From an uncultured Gaiellaceae bacterium (GTDB lineage: Bacteria > Actinomycetota > Thermoleophilia > Gaiellales > Gaiellaceae), in NCBI GenBank assembly GCA_963822205.1, contig CAWGGO010000009.1:40314-104313 (forward strand): DNA of 64,000 nt, given 5' to 3'. Under the pieces are notes generated by a model. It saw only the letters and a list, made by a program, of their open reading frames with translations. It did not search any database and was not told where the DNA came from. Numbering within the stretch: the first letter of the stretch is position 1; every line of letters starts with the position of its first letter. The translations under genes were made by a program, and so were the position numbers. Of this stretch, positions 58,350-64,000 are shown one piece after another.

Positions 58350-59393
58350 CTAGCTTCCCTCCGTCGTCCCGGTTTCGATTACAAACACGTGCTCCGGCCG
58401 CCAACACAGCCGCACCCGGCTTCCCTGTCGCTCGAGCACCTCGCTCGAGCCACTCTCGAGGTTCTGGCTCACCACCATCAACTCGCCGCCCGCGTCCAGT
58501 TCGACGTGATAGCGCGTGATCGCTCCGACGTAGACGACGTCGCGGATCCGGCCCTCCTCCACGTGGACACCCTGCTCCGGCTGCTCCCCGTCGCCGAGCA
58601 GGCGGATCTTCTCCGGTCGAACCGTAAAGCGCCGGACCACTCCACCCGCTGGGCGCTCGAGCACGTTCGAGACGCCGACGAAGCCGGCGATGAACTCGCT
58701 GGCCGGATGTTCGTACACCTCGGCCGGCGCCCCGATCTGCTCGATCTTGCCGTCGTTGAAGACCGCGAGGCGGTCGCTCATCGTCAGCGCCTCCTCCTGG
58801 TCGTGCGTGACGTAGACGAAGGTGATCCCGAGCTCCTGCTGGATCCGCTTCAGCTCGACCTGCAGCTCCTGGCGGAGCTTGAGGTCGAGCGCCCCGAGCG
58901 GCTCGTCGAGCAGGAGCGCCTTCGGTCGGTTCACGATCGCCCGGGCAAGCGCGACACGCTGGCGCTGGCCGCCCGAGAGCTGGGCGGGCTTCCGGCCCCC
59001 GTAGCCCTCGAGCTGTACGAGCGCGAGCGCCTCCCCGGCCCGCCGGCGCCGCTCGCCACGGGCCACCTTCTTCACGCGCAGGCCGTACTCGACGTTCTCC
59101 TGCACGGTCATGTGCGGGAAGAGCGCGTAGTCCTGGAAGACAGTGTTGACATCGCGCGCGTACGGCGGCAGCTGCGAGACGTCCTTGCCGCCGAGCTCGA
59201 CTGTTCCCTCGTCCGGGCGCTCGAAGCCGGCGATCATGCGCAGGGTCGTCGTCTTGCCCGACCCGGAGGGACCGAGCATCGTGAAGAACTCGCCGCGTCC
59301 GATCTCCAGGTCGACGCCGTCGACCGCGGTCACGTCGCCGTAGCGCTTCCGCAACCCGACCACGCGGACGTCGATCTCAGCCGGCTGCGACAA
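58350..59393 (-). CDS. potA: ABC transporter ATPase (PotA-like) with C-terminal TOBE-like domain
   Basis: The TTG start overlaps the gabT 3' end. Motifs are GPSGSGKTT, FQDYALFPHMTV, LSGGQRQRVALARA and LLLDEPLGALD. Confidence 0.88.
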   Translation of the reverse strand: MSQPAEIDVRVVGLRKRYGDVTAVDGVDLEIGRGEFFTMLGPSGSGKTTTLRMIAGFERPDEGTVELGGKDVSQLPPYARDVNTVFQDYALFPHMTVQENVEYGLRVKKVARGERRRRAGEALALVQLEGYGGRKPAQLSGGQRQRVALARAIVNRPKALLLDEPLGALDLKLRQELQVELKRIQQELGITFVYVTHDQEEALTMSDRLAVFNDGKIEQIGAPAEVYEHPASEFIAGFVGVSNVLERPAGGVVRRFTVRPEKIRLLGDGEQPEQGVHVEEGRIRDVVYVGAITRYHVELDAGGELMVVSQNLESGSSEVLERQGSRVRLCWRPEHVFVIETGTTEGS

Positions 59394-60633
59394 GCGCTTC
59401 CTCCAGCAACCCGAGGCCGCGGTCGAGCTCCTCGTCCGTGACGTTGAGCGGGGGCAACAGCCGGAGCACGTTGCCGTAGAGACCGCACGCGAGCAGGAGC
59501 AGGCCCCGCTCGAAGGCCGCGGCCGTGACCGCCTGGGCGAGATCCGGGCTCTGCTCGCGCAGCTCGAGCGCGAGCATCGGGCCGAGGCCGCGCACCTCCC
59601 CGATCTGCTCGTGGCGGGCAGCGAGATCGTCGAGCCGAGAGCGCAACGCGACGCCGAGCTCGTCCGCCCGGGCGCGGAACGCAGGCTCGGCCACAGTGTC
59701 GAGCACGACCGCGGCCGCGGCACAGGCGACGGGGTTGCCCCCGAAAGTCCCACCGAGGCCGCCGGGCTCGGGGGCGTCCATGACCTCCGCGCGGCCCGTG
59801 ACCGCCGCCAGGGGCAGGCCGCCGCCGAGCGATTTGCCCGACACGAGCAGGTCTGGCTCGACGCCCTCGTAGTGCTCGATCGCCCACATCGGCCCGGTCC
59901 GCCCCACGCCCGACTGCACCTCGTCGGCGACGAACAGGATCCCGTGCCGCGCACACACTTCCGCGAGTCTCGGGAGGTAGTCCGGCGGCATGACGATGAA
60001 GCCGCCCTCGCCCTGGACCGTCTCGAGCACGACGCAGGCGACCGATTCGGCGTCGACCTCGCTCTTGAACAGGTGCTCGAGGGAGGCGATCGCAGCGTCG
60101 GTGTCGATGCCACGGTACGGGTACGGCGCGGCAGCCCGGTAGATCTCGCCCGGGAACGGACCGAAGCCCGCCTTGTACGGCCGCACCTTGCTCGTCATGG
60201 CCATCGTCAGGAGCGTGCGGCCGTGGAATCCGTTGTCGAAAACGACAACGGAAGGCCGGCCGGTGGCTGCCCGCGCGATCTTGACCGCGTTCTCGATCGC
60301 CTCGGCGCCCGAGTTGACGAGAATCGACTTCTGCTCTGAACCTGTGCACGGAGAGTGCTCGGCGAGCCGGCGGCAGAGCTCGACATACGGCTCGTAGGTG
60401 CCGACCATGAAGCACTGGTGCAGGAAGCGGTCGACCTGCTCGTGGATCGCGGCGACGACCGGCGCGAAGCCGTGGCCGGTGTTCTGGCAGGCGATCCCGC
60501 CGGCGAAGTCGAGGTAGATCGTGCCGTCGGCCGCCTCCACCTGCGCCCCGTCTGCACGGGCGACGACGAGCTTCGGAGTCGAGACACCTCTCGCGACGTA
60601 GCGGGCACGCGCCTCGAGGACGTCGTCAGCCAT
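59377..60633 (-). CDS. gabT: Class III aminotransferase (4-aminobutyrate or putrescine aminotransferase type)
   Basis: Segments are GGIACQNTGH, FHGRT, DEVQSGVGRTG and the PLP-lysine context VSGKSLGGGLP. The start was placed at MADDVLEARARYV. Confidence 0.88.
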   Translation of the reverse strand: MADDVLEARARYVARGVSTPKLVVARADGAQVEAADGTIYLDFAGGIACQNTGHGFAPVVAAIHEQVDRFLHQCFMVGTYEPYVELCRRLAEHSPCTGSEQKSILVNSGAEAIENAVKIARAATGRPSVVVFDNGFHGRTLLTMAMTSKVRPYKAGFGPFPGEIYRAAAPYPYRGIDTDAAIASLEHLFKSEVDAESVACVVLETVQGEGGFIVMPPDYLPRLAEVCARHGILFVADEVQSGVGRTGPMWAIEHYEGVEPDLLVSGKSLGGGLPLAAVTGRAEVMDAPEPGGLGGTFGGNPVACAAAAVVLDTVAEPAFRARADELGVALRSRLDDLAARHEQIGEVRGLGPMLALELREQSPDLAQAVTAAAFERGLLLLACGLYGNVLRLLPPLNVTDEELDRGLGLLEEALVAAG

Positions 60634-60839
60634 ACGCTCCCGGAGGGACACCGGGCGATTCTCTCTCGCCGGCGCGCCCGAGCGCAATAGACGGCCGGGC
60701 GAGCGCCAATGGCTCGGCTTAGACACGATGTCGTAAACTCGCGCTCGTGGCCCGTGCCAGTACGCCGCAAATGCTTGCTTCTGACCCTGCGCAACGAGTA
60801 GCGTCTTGGCCCGCGCGTCCAAGCGACGCGCAGCACACG

Positions 60840-62309
60840 ATGCTCACGGTCCGAGACATTGCAGCGCTGCCGGGCCTCGGGCTGGAGCTTGCTGCGGGCG
60901 CCGCGGGGGGCGGGAACGTCATTCGGTGGGTTCACGTCTCGGAGCTGCCCGATCCGACACCCTGGCTGGAGGGCGGGGAGCTGCTGATCACGACGGGGCT
61001 CGGCATCGGCCAGCTCTCGCGGCCGCAGCGCGAATACGTCCGCCGCCTCGCGGGACACGGGCTCGCAGGCCTTGCGTTCGGCGTCGGCTTCGGTTGGGGC
61101 GAACCGCCCGAGGCGCTCGCCGACGAGGCCGAGCGGCTGAACTTTCCACTCGTGACGGTGCCGTACGAAGTACCGTTCATCGCGCTGACGAAGGCGATCG
61201 CGGCGCAGCTCGCGAACGAGCAGCTCGCCCGCGTGGAACGAGCGCTCGAGGTGCACGAGCGACTTGCCCAAGCGGTGCTCGAGGGACGCGGCGCCCCCGC
61301 TCTGCTCGCGATCCTCGGCGACCACGTCGGTTGCTCGCTGGCGCTCGTCGACGTGTCCGGCCGCACGGTCAGTGAGCGCCACGGCGGTCGTCTCGAGGCG
61401 TGCGAGCACGTGCTCGAACTGCCGGTCGTCGCGAACGGGGCGATCGCGACACTGCGCGCGGGCAAGCCGGAGGGCGAGCTCTCCGAGTACGACCGCCTCG
61501 TGCTCCACCACGGGCAGACCGCGCTCGCCTTCGAGCTCTCACGCCGCCAGGCGGTTTCGGCGGCGGAGCTCCGGCTTGCCGGCGACCTGCTCGAGGACCT
61601 CGAGCACGACCGGCTCGACGAGCGGGAGATCGTGCGCCGGATCTCGGCGTTCGGGCTCGACCCCCAGGGCCGGTATGCCGCGCTGCTCGCGGTCGCTGCG
61701 GGCCCGGCACAGGCCGAGGACGTCCGCGCGGCCGCCGCAAAGGCGCTCGACGCGCGCGGCACGCGCTATCTCTCTGCCGCGCGACGCGACCGGGCGGCCT
61801 TCCTCGTTGCGACAGGGCTCGAGGACGACGCCCTCGCGATCGCCCGGGAGCTCGTCGACGCCTCGCCCGGTACTCGCGTCGGCGTCGGCCGGCCGAGCTC
61901 CGGCTCCGGTCTCGGCCGCAGCCTGCTGGAGGCACGCGCCGCCCTCGACGCAGTCGCTGGCCCCGTCGCGTCCTACCACGACCTCGGCTCGCTCGAGCTC
62001 CTGCTCAGCCTTCCGGGAGCGACGCTCGAAGCGTTCGTGGCACGCGTGCTCGGCCCGGCCTCGACGAACTCCTGGCTGCTCGAGTCGCTCACTGCGCTGC
62101 TGGACAGTGGCTGCCGCTGGAGCGAGGCTTCCAACCGCCTTGGAGTCCATCGGCACACGCTCCGCTACAGGATGGACCAGCTGCGCAAGCAGACGGGCCG
62201 TCATCCGGACGATCCGGCCCAGCGAATGGAGCTCTGGCTGGCGGTCAAGGCACAGCAGGCGCTCAGCGCGCGCGAAGGCGTGGATGCCGGCGAGCCAGTA
62301 CCCACCTAG
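60840..62309 (+). CDS. PucR-family transcriptional regulator
   Basis: The N-terminal PucR-type domain reads MLTVRDIAALPGLGLELAAG..VHVSELPDPTPWLEGGELLITTG. The C-terminal HTH reads ASNRLGVHRHTLRYRMDQL. It is divergent from gabT across a 206-bp intergenic region. Confidence 0.85.
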   Translation: MLTVRDIAALPGLGLELAAGAAGGGNVIRWVHVSELPDPTPWLEGGELLITTGLGIGQLSRPQREYVRRLAGHGLAGLAFGVGFGWGEPPEALADEAERLNFPLVTVPYEVPFIALTKAIAAQLANEQLARVERALEVHERLAQAVLEGRGAPALLAILGDHVGCSLALVDVSGRTVSERHGGRLEACEHVLELPVVANGAIATLRAGKPEGELSEYDRLVLHHGQTALAFELSRRQAVSAAELRLAGDLLEDLEHDRLDEREIVRRISAFGLDPQGRYAALLAVAAGPAQAEDVRAAAAKALDARGTRYLSAARRDRAAFLVATGLEDDALAIARELVDASPGTRVGVGRPSSGSGLGRSLLEARAALDAVAGPVASYHDLGSLELLLSLPGATLEAFVARVLGPASTNSWLLESLTALLDSGCRWSEASNRLGVHRHTLRYRMDQLRKQTGRHPDDPAQRMELWLAVKAQQALSAREGVDAGEPVPT

Positions 62310-62412
62310 AAAACGTCGCTGTTGGGAGCGAAGCGACCCTTCAGGGATCTCGCGGAGCGGGAAAAACAGTGCGGTTTGCCGTACTGACACCGCCCGCCGC
62401 CTCTGCCACGAT

Positions 62413-62772
62413 ATGCCTGTGCCCAAGACCGTAGTGATCGCCGACGACCATCCCAGCTTCCGGGCATCGGCGCGGGCGATCCTCCAGTCGGAGGGATTCG
62501 AGGTGATCGGCGAGGCCGAGGACGGTGCGAGCGCGATCGCCGCCGTCCGCGAGCTCGCACCCGATGTGGTGCTGCTCGACGTGCAGCTCCCGGATCTCGA
62601 CGGCTTCGCCGTCTGCCGGCAGCTCTGTCTCAACGGCGGTTCGCCCGGCGTCGTGCTCGTCTCGAGCCGCGACGCGTGCGACTACGGCGGGCTGATCGCG
62701 CAGAGCGGTGCCCGCGGCTTCATTGCGAAGGCCGAGCTGAGCGGCGCCGCACTGGCTGATCTGCTTGGGTTG
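62413..62772 (+). CDS. NarL-type receiver domain without an output domain (as assembled, in frame with the next gene)
   Basis: The sequence is MPVPKTVVIADDHPSFRASARAIL..VVLLDVQLPDLDGF..VLVSS..GFIAKAEL, and no LuxR HTH follows. A TGA lies one frame off at 62771..62773. Confidence 0.65.
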
Positions 62773-64000
62773 AGCGCGCGCGCCATCTTCCTGGCGGCAG
62801 CCGCCGCGCTCGGGCTGGCGCTCACGGGCATCGCAATCCTGCTCGTGCTCGCGAGCGACCACGAGGACAACAAGGCAGCGACGATCGCGCTCGCGGCCAC
62901 GGCCGGGCTCTCCTTCATCGCCAGCGGCCTCTTCGCGCTGTGGCGCCGACCCGAGAACCGCACCGGGTACCTGCTCGCGGCAGTGGGCTACCTCTGGTTC
63001 TTCGGCGCGCTCAACGAGTCGAACAACGACTGGCTGTTCACCGCGGGCGTAGCGCTCGGCAGCCTCGCCTTCGGCGCGTTCTTCCACCTGTTGCTCGCAT
63101 TCCCCGGTGGCCGGCTCATGCGGACGCCGCGACCTCTGGCTCGTCGTCTCGACGTACGCGCTCGTGCTCACAGGAGGCGTAGCGACCGCGCTGCTCGAGG
63201 AGGTTCCCAACCCCAAGATCTGTCCGGGGTGCCGAAGCACGATCGCAGTCGCAAGCAACGACGACCTCGAATCCGTCCTCACCGTCATCTTCACGGCTCT
63301 CGCGCTCGCGCTTCTGGCGACGGTGCTCGTCATCGTCGTGACCCGCTATCGGCGTTCGGAAGGGGCGCTGAGGCGGGCGCTCGGCCCGGTGCTCGGCGCC
63401 GGCGCGCTCGCGATGGCGGTGCTGCTGCTCCAGATCGTCGTCGCCGCCTACTCGGCTAGCGCCGCGGAGCCCCTCCAGTACGTCTTCCTCGCGGCCTTCG
63501 CCATGGTTCCGTTCGCGTTCCTCGTCGGCGTGCTGCGCAGCCGGCTGGCACGTTCGGCCGTCGGCGACCTCTTGCTCGCACTCGACCGGGGAAGGCCGAT
63601 CCGCGACGCGCTCGCCGTCGCGCTCGGCGACCCCAAGCTCGAGATCGCATACTGGCTACCGGAGCGGGAACGCTATGTCTCCGCGGACGGGAAGCCGTTG
63701 CCCCACCAGCCCGAGGGACGCGGGACAACCCTCGTCGAGCACGGTGGACGGCCGACAGCCGCGCTCCTGCACGATCCGATGATCAGCGACGAGCCGGAGC
63801 TCGTCGAAGCCGTGGCGGCGGCCGCGGGCCTGTGGCTGGACAACGAACGCCTCCAGGCGAAGCTTCGCGCAGAGGTCGCATTCCTCGAGGCGATCGTGAA
63901 CGCCTCCCCCTCGCTGCTCTGCTCGATCAATCGCGAAGGGAGGATCGCGAACCTGAACGACGCGGCCTGGAACGCAAGTGGCTACGTCCTCGAGAACGAC
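62770..64000 (+). CDS. Multi-TM sensor protein, probably the N-terminal part of a PAS histidine kinase (partial; runs off the window; frame switch near 63118)
   Basis: The candidate start is TTG at 62770. Hydrophobic helices include AIFLAAAAALGLALTGIAILLVL, TIALAATAGLSFIASGLFAL and YLLAAVGYLWFFGAL. After the switch a long start-less open frame reads DLWLVVSTYALVLTGG..LQYVFLAAFAMVPFAFLVGVL..LWLDNERLQAKLRAEVAFLEAIVNASPSLLCSINREGRI (the start of a PAS domain). Confidence 0.5.

Noticed and set aside
1-64000. Genuine genome decay (a pseudogene-rich genome) as the explanation for the frame disruptions
   Set aside because: The disruptions hit essential single-copy genes, are all ±1-nt type, and several sit in short homopolymers. 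Outside the switch points the coding sequence shows no stop codons or degradation. Sequencing or consensus error is more parsimonious, but reads are needed to prove it.
1-64000. rRNA, tRNA, tmRNA, transposase/IS elements or toxin-antitoxin pairs
   Set aside because: Reading the intergenic regions, I saw no T-loop/acceptor-like tRNA motifs or rRNA-like stretches. I also saw no transposase or TA-family protein motifs in any frame. A covariance-model scan would be needed to exclude small RNAs.

Overview
This is a 64-kb bacterial chromosomal segment with high G+C (about 70% by eye). Gene content and protein style suggest an actinobacterium, but that is inference only. I can support about 60 protein-coding genes. 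I recognised no rRNA, tRNA, CRISPR array, transposase or prophage.

Most of the window is core metabolism:
- ATP-dependent PEP carboxykinase, two tandem citrate synthases, isocitrate and malate dehydrogenases, and sucC/sucD.
- Biotin carboxylase plus carboxyltransferase (acyl-CoA carboxylase), purE/purK, ahcY, pgsA/plsC, xerC/xerD and a DEAD-box helicase.

Transport modules:
- modABC with two modA paralogues and a MerR-TOBE regulator.
- A potABCD-like importer in one operon with gabT, next to a divergent PucR regulator.
- An MsbA-like exporter.

Signalling genes:
- A SARP/BTAD-ATPase-TPR regulator and a GGDEF+HD-GYP protein.
- A ~5.9-kb cytoplasmic poly-HAMP/GAF hybrid histidine kinase, followed by cheR, cheB and a REC-PAS-GAF-PAS kinase.

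Most noteworthy observations:
1. An AT-rich perfect palindrome, CC[A/T]AGTAACAG-N-CTGTTACT[T/A]GG, occurs three times. One copy spans exactly the purE stop codon and the purK TTG start codon. Two copies lie 55 bp apart between the helicase gene and ahcY.
2. A CheR/CheB pair with no MCP, CheA or CheW sits between two sensor kinases. The upstream kinase carries a Gln/Glu-rich coiled coil that could be the methyl acceptor.
3. Several unannotated small cysteine-rich or Trp-rich ORFs.
4. A methyltransferase gene is wedged between sucC and sucD.

Major caveat: dozens of genes, including essential ones, need 1-nt frame switches to read through. This looks like consensus indel error rather than biology. 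Many coordinates are therefore approximate, and the long Arg/Ala/Pro-rich ORFs in the track are artefacts.
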